Counted from the stretch's first letter, positions 17,223 to 27,260 are shown. The stretch is DNA of 36,034 nucleotides from Candidatus Nitrosotenuis sp. (GCA_046092065.1 JBJTCW010000098.1:1-36034); one strand, 5' to 3'. Made by a program: numbers and translations. The notes: generated from the letters alone by a model not told the origin.

Positions 17223-17888
17223 ATATTTCGTCTTGTCTTTGATTTTTGCCTGAGCAAACGCCTTCTTTCTGTTGTTGCACGACTCGCATTTTCCGCAATG
17301 ATCTTTCAAATTTGCATAGCAACTCCATGTCTGGAATATTTTGTCTCCAAATTCTTGATAGCCTGCCTTGATTAGAGAGCTTTTTGATATGCCTGCTGAA
17401 TATGGGGACCAAACTTTGATCTTGTTTCTGATTCCTAGCCTGATTCCGTCAATCTCCCCCTGATTCAGAGCAGACTCAATTTTTTTAGAAAAGGCAGGAC
17501 GGCAGTCTGGATATTTGGTGTCGTCTGTATGTGCACCATATGCTACTAAAGAAGCCTTGAGCGAAAAAGCCCAAGCACTTGCAATTGTGACAAAAATCGC
17601 GTTTCGAATCGGCACCACAATAGAATATTCAAATTTTGATGGGAGTGATTTTTTGGAATGAGTCAAAACATTGCTTGTTCCATACAGCGATTTCATAAAA
17701 TCAAGCGGAATTATCTTGTGTTCTTTTAGGTATAGTGCCTTTCCGACCTTTTTTGCGGCCTCCATTTCTTTTGAGGCACGTTGGCCATACGAAAACGTAA
17801 TTCCGTATAGCTCATATTTTTTTGCCAAATATGCGCCAAGGCACAAAGAATCCAGGCCGCCACTAAGAATTACTACCGCTTTTTTCAA
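17205..17888 (-). CDS. queC: 7-cyano-7-deazaguanine synthase
   Basis: LSGGLDS PP-loop, YGQR, VPIRN, YPDCR and TWSCY...HCGKCESC..R. Confidence 0.95.
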   Translation of the reverse strand: MKKAVVILSGGLDSLCLGAYLAKKYELYGITFSYGQRASKEMEAAKKVGKALYLKEHKIIPLDFMKSLYGTSNVLTHSKKSLPSKFEYSIVVPIRNAIFVTIASAWAFSLKASLVAYGAHTDDTKYPDCRPAFSKKIESALNQGEIDGIRLGIRNKIKVWSPYSAGISKSSLIKAGYQEFGDKIFQTWSCYANLKDHCGKCESCNNRKKAFAQAKIKDKTKYLVTSL

Positions 17889-17889
17889 T

Positions 17890-18804
17890 TTAGATCATTT
17901 TTGCACCATCGCTTGGCTTGCAAACCACAACGGTACAGTCTGTTTTTGCAGAGGCAAATCCCTTTCTCATTGCATTTGCAATTTTGTCTAGCTTTGATTT
18001 TTTTGTCGCAAATGAAATGACTGATGGTCCTGCGCCAGAAATTGTAACGCCTAGCGCACCTGCCTTTAGCGCGTTCTTTTTAACTGCAAAAAATCCCGGA
18101 ATCAGATGGGCTCTAGCTGGCTCTACAATAATGTCTTTAATAGAATTTCCAATTAGTATAGAGTCTTTTTGCACAAATCCCGCTACAATTGCAGCTGCAT
18201 TTGATAGATTAATCACAGAATCTGACAATGCTATTTGCTTTGGCACTACACTACGAGAGACCTCGGTCTTTTTTGCAGGAACCGCTATGTGTGGCACTGC
18301 AACGACTAGTCTCAGATCGGATGGCGGTGGAATTTTGAGAACATCTAGAGGTTTTGTTCGCACAACTACAAATCCACCCAAAACCGAGGCAGAGACATTA
18401 TCATAATGAATAGAGCCTGCGCTCGCGCGCTCGCCTACTCCTGCGCATTCCACCAATGTATTTCCATCTAGTTTTAAACCAAACAATTTGTCAAATGCAA
18501 TTACAGTAGCAGCTGCTGATGCTGCACTACTTCCCATTCCAAAGCCAGCCGGGACTCCTTTTTTGATTTTAATCTGGATTCCGCTTTTTATCTTGAATTT
18601 TTTTTCCATGTACTGTACCACTAGGCCAGCCGTGTTTTTGCTTGGAGAGACAGGAATTTTATCATCGGTAACTATAGTGATTCCCTGCTTTTGTTTTGTC
18701 AGAGTAACTGTATCGTAAAATGCGTCCAATGCTAAACCAAACACATCAAAACCTGGACCCAAGTTAGCAGTGGATGATGGAGCTCTTGCAGTAACTGAGT
18801 TCAT
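17890..18804 (-). CDS. thrB: Homoserine kinase
   Basis: PSSTANLGPGFD, GFGMGSSAAS, HYDN and ISGAGPS. Confidence 0.95.
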   Translation of the reverse strand: MNSVTARAPSSTANLGPGFDVFGLALDAFYDTVTLTKQKQGITIVTDDKIPVSPSKNTAGLVVQYMEKKFKIKSGIQIKIKKGVPAGFGMGSSAASAAATVIAFDKLFGLKLDGNTLVECAGVGERASAGSIHYDNVSASVLGGFVVVRTKPLDVLKIPPPSDLRLVVAVPHIAVPAKKTEVSRSVVPKQIALSDSVINLSNAAAIVAGFVQKDSILIGNSIKDIIVEPARAHLIPGFFAVKKNALKAGALGVTISGAGPSVISFATKKSKLDKIANAMRKGFASAKTDCTVVVCKPSDGAKMI

Positions 18805-19562
18805 CAGTCTTCTATCTCCTCTCCTTGGTTAAGAATTCTGCTCAGCGATCCCTCCAAGTTTACCATTCCCTCTCCAGTTGCATTAGAAACTGGGATCAAT
18901 CCTTGCGCAAATCCAGATAGATTCAAGCTGCGCAAAATGTTTGTCACAAGGACATATGTCTCTCCGTCTGCTTCTGCAGAGATGGCACTTTCCAATGATT
19001 TTAGATTCGTAGTCCAGCGCAATATCTCAGAAATTTTATCTGCAATCAAGTCTGTCTTTGTTAGAACATTAATTGTCGGCATTCCCATTCGTAGTCTAAT
19101 TGATGTTGCAAGCAGTGCCATGGAGACAAAATTTACTGCAGTAGTTACCAATACTCCGTCATACAAAAATAATGCAGACTTTTGGTCCGCCATAAAATTA
19201 TTCACAAAATATGGACCGCTGGTGCGATATGCAAACAATTCAATTTGTCCTGGAGTGTCAATTATGAGATAATCTGGATTTATCCTGTCTGCTTCTTCTT
19301 GTAGTTCTTCCAGCTTGGACGCGATAAGATCATTTGCCATCATCAGTGCGCCGTTTGGCCCCAAGTCATATTGCTTCATTATTGATACAATATCTACAGA
19401 ATCTCTAATGTCAATGTCTGGTGTATATGGAAGCGAAATGACACCTGGGTCCAAATTCAAAATAGCTGTGAATGCTCCGTTTTTGGTGTAATATTCGTGA
19501 ATCTTTGATGTGAGCAGTGATTTGCCCGAGCCTGCAGTTCCTGCAACAAAAATCGCTTTCAA
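18804..19562 (-). CDS. GPN-loop GTPase
   Basis: GTAGSGKS, NLDPG, LGPNG, DTPGQIE and TKTD. Confidence 0.93.
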   Translation of the reverse strand: MKAIFVAGTAGSGKSLLTSKIHEYYTKNGAFTAILNLDPGVISLPYTPDIDIRDSVDIVSIMKQYDLGPNGALMMANDLIASKLEELQEEADRINPDYLIIDTPGQIELFAYRTSGPYFVNNFMADQKSALFLYDGVLVTTAVNFVSMALLATSIRLRMGMPTINVLTKTDLIADKISEILRWTTNLKSLESAISAEADGETYVLVTNILRSLNLSGFAQGLIPVSNATGEGMVNLEGSLSRILNQGEEIED

Positions 19563-19617
19563 TTTCTAAAAGTTAGAGTTGTTGGCTTATATTTGATTCA
19601 GTCAGAAATCTGCTAAA

Positions 19618-20631
19618 ATGAAATGGCGAATTGTTGCATTTGCAGCTAGCCTTGTCCCTTTTCTGATAATTGCTATATCTTTTCATGTAACTCCTGAAGA
19701 CATTTTTGCAGTAGGCATAGTGAATTTTCTTGCGGCATTTGCCGCAATGATGGGCAAACTGTTCCTACAGGGAATAAAATTCCACTATATCATCAAGACA
19801 TTTCATGGTAGAATAGAATCGCTCTGGAAAACCATCTTTGTCAGAATCGGCTCTGAATTTGTCACAATGACTACTCCAATGTTTGTGGGAGGAGAAGTAG
19901 TTAGAATCTACTGGATGAACAAGCGAGGCATTGCAACATCAAAGGCGTCATGGCTTGGAATATTTGAGATAGTAACAGAGGTCCTAGCAGCTGGAGTGTT
20001 GGCAATAATTGCCGGCACGGTTGCTATTGTAGCAGGACATACTATCATTGGCGTCATTGTACTAGGTACTACAATACCTGTAGTTGGGTTGTGGGCAGGA
20101 TTGTTCTTTTTGACTGCAAAGCGAGATTTCCAGGTGCCCAAAATGTTTGTCAATTTAGTGTTGAGATTCAGAAAAGAAAAAGGCCAGCAATACCTAGACA
20201 AGACAAACCAGTGGATGACAGACATTTGTGCAATGACTAGGCAAAACATCAAGGCGCCGCACGCAAAAAGAGCATTTGCTATCTCATTCTTAATTTCGTT
20301 ATTGTCTTGGATGGTCTTTGGTGTATCATTTATGTTCATTTCATTTGGAACCGAAAAAGCAGTCACCGCAATAGAATCTATTTTGGCAGTGATGGCCGGA
20401 AACGCAATTGGAAACATGCCAATAACGGTTGGAGGATCAGGCCTTGCGGAATTTGGAACATGGGCGTATCTGTCGCATCTGGATCAGTTCAAGCTAGAGC
20501 TGCCAAGCGATAGTGTGGAATGGGATGCCATCATTGCATGGAGAATAGCAACATACCAGCTGCCTATTCCTATTGCATGGTTTTTGTTAATGAAGATGGC
20601 ATTGCGCAAATACCAAAAACCTGCAGAATAG
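19618..20631 (+). CDS. Flippase-like membrane protein (lysylphosphatidylglycerol synthase TM / UPF0104 family)
   Basis: About 8 TM helices; TP..VGGE..R, P.TVGGSG.AE and WR..TY motifs. Confidence 0.85.
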   Translation: MKWRIVAFAASLVPFLIIAISFHVTPEDIFAVGIVNFLAAFAAMMGKLFLQGIKFHYIIKTFHGRIESLWKTIFVRIGSEFVTMTTPMFVGGEVVRIYWMNKRGIATSKASWLGIFEIVTEVLAAGVLAIIAGTVAIVAGHTIIGVIVLGTTIPVVGLWAGLFFLTAKRDFQVPKMFVNLVLRFRKEKGQQYLDKTNQWMTDICAMTRQNIKAPHAKRAFAISFLISLLSWMVFGVSFMFISFGTEKAVTAIESILAVMAGNAIGNMPITVGGSGLAEFGTWAYLSHLDQFKLELPSDSVEWDAIIAWRIATYQLPIPIAWFLLMKMALRKYQKPAE

Positions 20632-20667
20632 AAACCAACTTATCTTTATTGCACAGCTTGACAAAAC

Positions 20668-21450
20668 ATGTCGTTCAAGGATAAAATTGTTGTAATCACT
20701 GGTGCATCAAGCGGTATTGGAAAAGCAACTGCAATTGAATTTGCAAACAGGGGAGCAAAAATAGCTCTAGTTGCAAGAAGAAAGGAAAAACTTGAAGAGC
20801 TAGAGCAATCACTGGCAAAATCTAGCAAAGTTCTGGTCTGTCCTTGCGATGTATCTGACAAAATCCAAGTAAAGCAAATGGCGCAACAAGTCTTGGATAA
20901 ATTTGGCAAAATCGACATTTTGGTAAATAACGCGGGATTTGCAATCTATGGAACAGTATCTGATTTATCAATAGAGCAAATCGAATCGCAATTGCAGACA
21001 AACTATCTTGGCATGATATATTGCACAAAGAACTTTTTACCAATATTTCAAAAGCAAAATTCTGGCCACATTGTTAATGTGGCATCTGTTGCCGCATCGT
21101 TTGGCTTGCCAGGAATTGCACCGTATTGTGCATCAAAATATGCAATGCTTGGCTTTTCTGAAGGCCTAAAGCACGAACTAAAGGGGACAAAAATTGGAAT
21201 AACCGTAGTCAGCCCAATAATGGTTCGGACAAATTTCTTTGATCATGAATCATTTAGTACAATGCCAAAATATTCTCCAACGTCACTAGATCCAAAAAGC
21301 GTGGCAAAAGCAATCCTTTCTGCATCTGAATCATCAAGACTGGAAATAATTGTACCTGGAATAGTCAGAATAGGAGTATGGCTAAAACACACAATACCGT
21401 TTGTGATAAATCCCATAATGGGCGCGGCATTTAGAAAACTGCAAAAATAA
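20668..21450 (+). CDS. SDR family oxidoreductase
   Basis: TGASSGIG, NNAG and YCASK. Confidence 0.92.
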   Translation: MSFKDKIVVITGASSGIGKATAIEFANRGAKIALVARRKEKLEELEQSLAKSSKVLVCPCDVSDKIQVKQMAQQVLDKFGKIDILVNNAGFAIYGTVSDLSIEQIESQLQTNYLGMIYCTKNFLPIFQKQNSGHIVNVASVAASFGLPGIAPYCASKYAMLGFSEGLKHELKGTKIGITVVSPIMVRTNFFDHESFSTMPKYSPTSLDPKSVAKAILSASESSRLEIIVPGIVRIGVWLKHTIPFVINPIMGAAFRKLQK

Positions 21451-21453
21451 TTT

Positions 21454-21849
21454 CTATTCTTCAGAATCAGAGCCTGCATCATCTGATGCAACATCCATCA
21501 GTGCTTGTTTTTGCAGCTCAAACTGATAGATGGCTGACATTTCGATTTCTTTTTCTTTTTTGAGAAACTCGACTGTTTTTTTTGCCAATGGCGCCTTTAG
21601 CATGTCTATTGCAAATTCATAGACAACACCTGTTTGGCAGTTTGCTGGCTTGACATTTTTTGGCAGATCCAATGTTACTATGTGTCTGCCATCTTCGACT
21701 GCTTCGTATAATTGCGCATCAATTTTTTTATCAGATTCATACACTTCTAAAATATAGCCCATTTTTGTCAATGATTCCGGCTTTGCAAACTTTGCATTTT
21801 TGATGTCGTCTAAAACCCAGTCTGGGAGCTCGTCCTTCTTTTTTACCAA
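21454..21849 (-). CDS. Hypothetical protein
   Basis: 131-aa ORF with normal composition and an acidic tail, directly downstream of the zinc-ribbon gene. Confidence 0.75.
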   Translation of the reverse strand: MVKKKDELPDWVLDDIKNAKFAKPESLTKMGYILEVYESDKKIDAQLYEAVEDGRHIVTLDLPKNVKPANCQTGVVYEFAIDMLKAPLAKKTVEFLKKEKEIEMSAIYQFELQKQALMDVASDDAGSDSEE

Positions 21850-21862
21850 GATGCACCAAGTC

Positions 21863-22150
21863 CTAAATTTTGTCTTTTTTACTTTTTTGCCACCAGTCTA
21901 GATAATCATCGTGCTTGTCCTCGCGTGTTGGATCTCGCCTGTTCACCTTTTCGCGAATATCGCCTACCTGTTCTCTTGTGGCATACAAACCACATCTTTT
22001 GCAGATGTAGTGTTTAGTTACTGGATCAAATTTCATGGGAATCTCGATTTGCTCTAGGAGCTTTTGCATTCCCTCTTGGCTTTCGGCGGCAGTTTCTCGC
22101 TCAATTACTGCCTTGCGTTCTCTTGCTACACATTCTGGGCAATTAACCAA
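21863..22150 (-). CDS. Zinc-ribbon protein
   Basis: CPEC ... YICKRCGL; probable TTG start at 22150, about 25 nt after a TTTTAT box. Confidence 0.75.
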   Translation of the reverse strand: MVNCPECVARERKAVIERETAAESQEGMQKLLEQIEIPMKFDPVTKHYICKRCGLYATREQVGDIREKVNRRDPTREDKHDDYLDWWQKSKKDKI

Positions 22151-22202
22151 TAAGTTTGCCAGAAAAATTTTCCATAAAAGCGTTCCCACTGGAATTAGAC
22201 GA

Positions 22203-22269
22203 TCTGGTACGCGGATCATTATCATCATCCCTTTCGGTCATTTCGCCCATCGAAATACCGCGTACCAGA
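22203..22269 (-). ncRNA. Candidate K-turn-containing small RNA
   Basis: Perfect 12-bp stem (22203-22214/22258-22269) enclosing, on the minus strand, UGA-CC-GAAA-GG-GAU-GAUGA. Confidence 0.55.
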
Positions 22270-22302
22270 CTATTCTACTGCGATCAAAAAAGCTATTATC
22301 TC

Positions 22303-23520
22303 TTATCGTGATTCGAGCATTTGCGCAGCTAGCTTGGCTGTGGTTCTGGCTCCGTTTGCGACAAAATGTTTTTGGTATTCTGATACGGCCTGCTCATAAT
22401 CTGAATAGTTGCTCTTTAGCTTTGCAATTCCAGATACTAGCTGCTTTGTGTTGTTTGCCAAAATTCCCAACTTGTGCTCTTGTGCCCATTGGATTTGGTT
22501 TGTCTGCTCGTCATATACTGGTATGCCAATGATTGGCTTGCCTTTGATGCCAATTATCTCACCCATCACAGTATGGGATCCATTGATCACTGCATAATCA
22601 CATTGCTCCAGAACGTTTTCTTTTTCGGATTCTGACAAAAATCCTATATCAATTTGAACCCAGTCAATTTTCTTTTCGAGTGCTTCTGATATGGAATATT
22701 TCTTGCCGTCTGTTGATTGTACTGTATTAATTGACGGATCAGCCCTTGCGTGCGATATGATTCTTTTTTCGTTTTTCATTTGGGAAAAAGATTCTTCATA
22801 TTTTTTACCGGTGATGTCATTTGTTGACTTGTTTCCGGTTCGCATCCAATAGCCGAATTTCTGACCTTCGATTAGCTTTTCAAGCTCGGATTTTGTGAAA
22901 GACTTTTTGTTCTTGTTTGATGCAAAATGTCCCACGTATACAACTTTGTGCTTGAGGTTTTCTGGGAAATTGAGATTGTACTCGCACATTGTGTATGGGG
23001 GAGGCGAATCGGCAACTGCGATTTTTGATGCCTTTGCAATTTGTTTTGCCACAAACAAAACTCCTGGATAAAAGTAAAATCTTGACTTCCAAAGTCTTGG
23101 CTTGAATTGGTTTGTTATGAAAATGGATGGAATGTTTCTATTTTTTGCCAAAATATTCGGGCCCATATCGCCGTCATTTATCACAAGATCAAATTTTATT
23201 GAATCAAACATTTTTCTTTCTTTTCTTAGATAGCTTGCAACTTGCCTTACTATTGGTGGATGTTCCTGTATTGGAAATAATACATTGAGTATGGACTTGA
23301 ACACATCAGGTCCGTATTTTCCGTCAATTGGTGTTGGAGCTAGTGCTTCATGCACGTTATTTGCAGGAAATTTCTGTAACAGTTTTTGGTAAATCTCGTC
23401 CTTGCTGGCATAGTGTGATTCATGTTCTTTGATGAAATTTGGTAGCTCCTCGTTTAGCGACATCATTCTGGAGTAATGGCCGTTGCCCCACGAATAGATG
23501 AACTGACCTATTTTTTTCAC
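22303..23520 (-). CDS. GT-B glycosyltransferase (MurG/GT28-like)
   Basis: GNGHYSR, DLVINDGD, ITNQ, INGSHTVMGE...KGKPII.IP..EQ; GTG start at 23520. Confidence 0.82.
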   Translation of the reverse strand: MKKIGQFIYSWGNGHYSRMMSLNEELPNFIKEHESHYASKDEIYQKLLQKFPANNVHEALAPTPIDGKYGPDVFKSILNVLFPIQEHPPIVRQVASYLRKERKMFDSIKFDLVINDGDMGPNILAKNRNIPSIFITNQFKPRLWKSRFYFYPGVLFVAKQIAKASKIAVADSPPPYTMCEYNLNFPENLKHKVVYVGHFASNKNKKSFTKSELEKLIEGQKFGYWMRTGNKSTNDITGKKYEESFSQMKNEKRIISHARADPSINTVQSTDGKKYSISEALEKKIDWVQIDIGFLSESEKENVLEQCDYAVINGSHTVMGEIIGIKGKPIIGIPVYDEQTNQIQWAQEHKLGILANNTKQLVSGIAKLKSNYSDYEQAVSEYQKHFVANGARTTAKLAAQMLESR

Positions 23521-23551
23521 AAAGACACCACAAAAAATCTGCAATAAATCT

Positions 23552-24670
23552 TCAGTGATTGATGGAATCCAAAATGTCGTGAATGTTGTTTGGTCCAATC
23601 TTTACCTTGATTGTATGGTGTGTGCTGAGTGTTTTTTGTACCATACTGGATACATCTTGCTTGTTTTGTGAAAACTTGTATTGGCCAAACTTTTCAATTC
23701 GGTGCAGATATTTTGCCAAGCCTATCTCTTTTGCAGTTTCTATTATGGAATTGTCTATTCCTGATAATGCAAACCATGGCGTTAGCTTGTTTTTTGTTAT
23801 AATGTCGGAATTTTGTTCGATGAACCAGGCAAGAAATGCAAGGGGGGACAAGGCAAGGCCAACCTTTTGAATTTTGTATTTTTTTGCAAGCTTGGCCAAA
23901 ACCTCACTTACAATCAAAGTTTTTTGCTGTATTGATTTTGCACTGTCTTTTATTGGAATTTTGCAAAAGTCTAGTGTGATCTCTTGACTGAGTAGTCTTG
24001 GTATAATTCTGTTTATGATCTTGGCCAATTCCATAAGATTTGCATCTGTGGTATAGCAAACTAGAATCCTTGTATCAAATCCTTGCTTGATTAATTCAAG
24101 ACATGACACAGCAGAAAGCTCATCAAACACACAACACAAGACTTGTTGCTCTTGGGAATTGTATGGAATGCCGCCATGGCCTTTCTCTAAAAATATTGAG
24201 ACATAGGCATTGTTTTTTGTTAAATGGCAATGAATAATCTTGTCATGCTTTGATTCGGTGCCGGGCTTGCAGTCCATGTCAACTGTTTTTTCAATCAGAG
24301 CGCCAGTTGCGGCAATCTCTACATCTTTTGGCAAATATCCAGATGCATGGCCGTCAACTTTAACGTGAAATGTTTCTCCTCGTAATAAAAGACTAGAGCC
24401 AATCTTTGCAATTGCAGAAACTACTACATTGAACTTGTTTTCTGTACGCCTTGCTATGGATACATGATCAATTCCAAAAAGCTTGTTTATCTCATATGAT
24501 GCAAAGACAGGATCGTTTGCCTCTATTGTGATTATATCATTATCTGTGGTGATTTTGCCAAACTGTAAATTTTGGATTTTGAGAATTTTTCTAATATTTG
24601 ATGACAATAGAGAAATCTTGTTTTTGGCAAAAATTGATGGAAACACCACCACAAATGCAGGCTCGTTCAT
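23552..24670 (-). CDS. THUMP-domain ThiI-like protein with degenerate PP-loop
   Basis: NFLD/THUMP-like N-half (KLFGI, GETFHVKV) and G.GGIPY linker; the canonical SGGxDS is replaced by VFDELS. Confidence 0.75.
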   Translation of the reverse strand: MNEPAFVVVFPSIFAKNKISLLSSNIRKILKIQNLQFGKITTDNDIITIEANDPVFASYEINKLFGIDHVSIARRTENKFNVVVSAIAKIGSSLLLRGETFHVKVDGHASGYLPKDVEIAATGALIEKTVDMDCKPGTESKHDKIIHCHLTKNNAYVSIFLEKGHGGIPYNSQEQQVLCCVFDELSAVSCLELIKQGFDTRILVCYTTDANLMELAKIINRIIPRLLSQEITLDFCKIPIKDSAKSIQQKTLIVSEVLAKLAKKYKIQKVGLALSPLAFLAWFIEQNSDIITKNKLTPWFALSGIDNSIIETAKEIGLAKYLHRIEKFGQYKFSQNKQDVSSMVQKTLSTHHTIKVKIGPNNIHDILDSINH

Positions 24671-24752
24671 TTTTTTTCATGCTTGATGCCGGCTTATAAT
24701 TCTCGATGTATCTCCAAATAATTATAAGACAAATTTTGCCCATTAATTGTAG

Positions 24753-25460
24753 TTGTTTACACAAGAAGAAATCGACAAGGTCAATGCCAAGCTCAAAACG
24801 CCAGAAGATGCGCTAAAGTGGGCATACGAGACATTTGGCGACAAAATTGCCAAGGCATCAAGCTTTGGCCCAGAAGACAGCGTTGTAACTGACATGATAA
24901 TCAAGGTAAACCCAAGAGCGAGATTTTTCACATTGGACACTGGCAGACTAAACCAGGAAACCTATGACGTAATGGATGCCATAGCAAAAAAATACAATAT
25001 CAAATTTGAGGTAATGTTTCCAGAAAGAGATGCAGTTGAAGAAATGGTCCGCACAAAAGGAATCAATTTGTTTTATGACTCTGTTGAAAACAGAAAACTT
25101 TGCTGTGAAATCAGAAAGGTTCGACCACTAAACAGAATTCTATCAACACTTGATGCATGGGTTACAGGCCTCAGAAAAGACCAAAACGAAAACCGATCCA
25201 AATCAGCAATGATAGAACTGGATCATCTACATGGAGGAATAGTCAAGGTCAACCCGATAATAGAGTGGACATGGGATCAGGTGTTATCTTACATTAAAGA
25301 GCGTAATTTGCCATACAACAAGCTCCTAGACAAGGGCTACCCCAGCATAGGCTGTGAGCCGTGCACTCGCGCAATCAAGCCAGGCGAGGACTTGCGTGCA
25401 GGAAGATGGTGGTGGGAGTCTGATACACATAAAGAGTGTGGCTTACACATGAAAAACTGA
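24753..25460 (+). CDS. cysH: Adenylyl-sulfate/phosphoadenylyl-sulfate reductase (Fe-S, APS-reductase type)
   Basis: [34 protein letters not shown] and ECGLH. Confidence 0.93.
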   Translation: MFTQEEIDKVNAKLKTPEDALKWAYETFGDKIAKASSFGPEDSVVTDMIIKVNPRARFFTLDTGRLNQETYDVMDAIAKKYNIKFEVMFPERDAVEEMVRTKGINLFYDSVENRKLCCEIRKVRPLNRILSTLDAWVTGLRKDQNENRSKSAMIELDHLHGGIVKVNPIIEWTWDQVLSYIKERNLPYNKLLDKGYPSIGCEPCTRAIKPGEDLRAGRWWWESDTHKECGLHMKN

Positions 25461-25461
25461 C

Positions 25462-26592
25462 ATGGATGCAATTAGACCACACGGCGGTAGACTAGTTAGC
25501 CGAATTTCGCAAAAAAACACATCAGGAATGTTTTCTGTTTCAATCAGCGAAGACTTGGCAAACGACGTTGAAAACATTGCAGACGGAATCTTTAGTCCAT
25601 TAGAGGGATTTTTGGTAAAAGCCGACTTTGATGGTGTCGTAGCAAAGGGAAGACTGGCAAATGACTTGGCATGGACTGTGCCTATAGTATTAGATGTGGA
25701 CAAGGAAACAGCGCAAAAGGCAAAGGACGCAAAAGAAATTGCACTAAAAACAACACATGGAGAATTTGCTGTATTACACGTAGAGGAAACCTACACTTTT
25801 GATAAAACAAAGACATCACAGGCAGTCTATGGTACAACAGATGTGAATCATCCTGGCGTTGCAAAGACCATATCCATGAATGATTATTTGATTGGCGGCA
25901 AAATCGATTACATCAAAAGACCTGGCGCAGATCCTATTCGAAAATACAGATTAACACCAACTGACACCAGAAAGGCATTTTCTGATGCTGGCTGGAAGAG
26001 CATAGCTGCATTTCAGACAAGAAACCCACCTCATGTAGCGCATGAAATGCTGCAAAAAGAGTCATTTCTTTCATGTGATGGCGTCTTTGTCAATCCATTG
26101 ATTGGCAAGAAAAAGTCTGGCGATTTCATAGATGAAGTAATTCTGGAATCATACATTGCCATGATTGAGAATTATTATCCAAAAAACAGATGCACACTTG
26201 CAACACTGCACACAGAAATGCGTTATGCAGGACCCAAAGAAGCAATCCACCACGCTATAATGAGACAAAACTATGGCTGTACCAATATTATAATCGGTCG
26301 TGACCATGCAGGCGTTGGAAAATACTATTCTCCATTTGCAGCACAGGAAATCTTTTCTGACTATCCAGACTTGGACATCAAACCATTGTTCTTCCCCGCA
26401 TTTTATTATTGCAAAAAATGTCTTGCATTTACAAATGAAAGATCATGCCCACATTCTCCAGACTTTCACGAACAAATCAGCGGAACAAAGCTTCGACAAA
26501 TCATTGATGAGGGCCAGTCTCCATCGGAATTCATAATGAGACCAGAAGTGGTCAAGGTTATCCAGTCATTCAAAAAGCCGTTTGTGGAATGA
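25462..26592 (+). CDS. sat: Sulfate adenylyltransferase
   Basis: [40 protein letters not shown] and ISGT. Confidence 0.96.
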   Translation: MDAIRPHGGRLVSRISQKNTSGMFSVSISEDLANDVENIADGIFSPLEGFLVKADFDGVVAKGRLANDLAWTVPIVLDVDKETAQKAKDAKEIALKTTHGEFAVLHVEETYTFDKTKTSQAVYGTTDVNHPGVAKTISMNDYLIGGKIDYIKRPGADPIRKYRLTPTDTRKAFSDAGWKSIAAFQTRNPPHVAHEMLQKESFLSCDGVFVNPLIGKKKSGDFIDEVILESYIAMIENYYPKNRCTLATLHTEMRYAGPKEAIHHAIMRQNYGCTNIIIGRDHAGVGKYYSPFAAQEIFSDYPDLDIKPLFFPAFYYCKKCLAFTNERSCPHSPDFHEQISGTKLRQIIDEGQSPSEFIMRPEVVKVIQSFKKPFVE

Positions 26593-27260
26593 TATCAAAG
26601 CTAGCTGTTGCGCTTTTAGCTGTTCTAGTTGTTATACCTGCATATGCACAACAATATTCCAATCCCTCACTGATATTGCAAACGATCAGTGTTCCATCAA
26701 ATGACTTTAACAAAATACGCGAAAATCTAGTCATAGTACCGCTTGAGAAAAACCATTCTGGCTCTTGGCAGATAACAATTGAGAATCATCTCTTGTACGC
26801 AAATCCAAAAGGAAACGCAATTTTGAGAATTTACGATGCAACTATCAAGGACAAGTTCGTTGAAATAGGAATGGGAAGTTTGCCTGACAGGCAATTCTGG
26901 GTAGCAGTGAATCTGCCAGGCCAAGGATATCTTACTCCGACAAGAATAGACAAGGACGGATGGAGTCCTGATTCCAAGGTTGTTGCTGCATATGGCGATG
27001 CGGCCGGACTATCCATAGGAAATGGAAAAAGAATCGTCACAAGCAATCTTCCGGTGAGTGACTTTGTGGTTGGTAGCTATGCAGTATATGGAATGGATGA
27101 AGCCACTGATCCGCCGGCAATAAATTCTGGAACATACACAGTCGAAGTCCTTTCTGGAGATATTGGACAAAATCCGTTTCACTACTATCCGTTTGCCATT
27201 GCAGGCGGAATTGGTGCATTGATTGGATTTTTGCTGCTAACTAAGCGCCGCGCTTCATAG
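26589..27260 (+). CDS. Hypothetical cell-surface protein (signal peptide, beta domain, C-terminal TM)
   Basis: Signal peptide ending PAYA; C-terminal hydrophobic helix followed by KRR; ATGA overlap with sat. Confidence 0.8.
   Translation: MISKLAVALLAVLVVIPAYAQQYSNPSLILQTISVPSNDFNKIRENLVIVPLEKNHSGSWQITIENHLLYANPKGNAILRIYDATIKDKFVEIGMGSLPDRQFWVAVNLPGQGYLTPTRIDKDGWSPDSKVVAAYGDAAGLSIGNGKRIVTSNLPVSDFVVGSYAVYGMDEATDPPAINSGTYTVEVLSGDIGQNPFHYYPFAIAGGIGALIGFLLLTKRRAS

Noticed and set aside
15671-17888. que genes as a dpd DNA-modification defence island
   Set aside because: No dpdA/tgt-like or dpdB-K genes nearby; the context is housekeeping and archaeosine synthesis explains them
22151-22228. MMIMIRVPDR extension of the zinc-ribbon ORF
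   Set aside because: The ATGs come from the AUGAUGA box of the RNA-like element; a TTG start at 22150 fits the TATA spacing better
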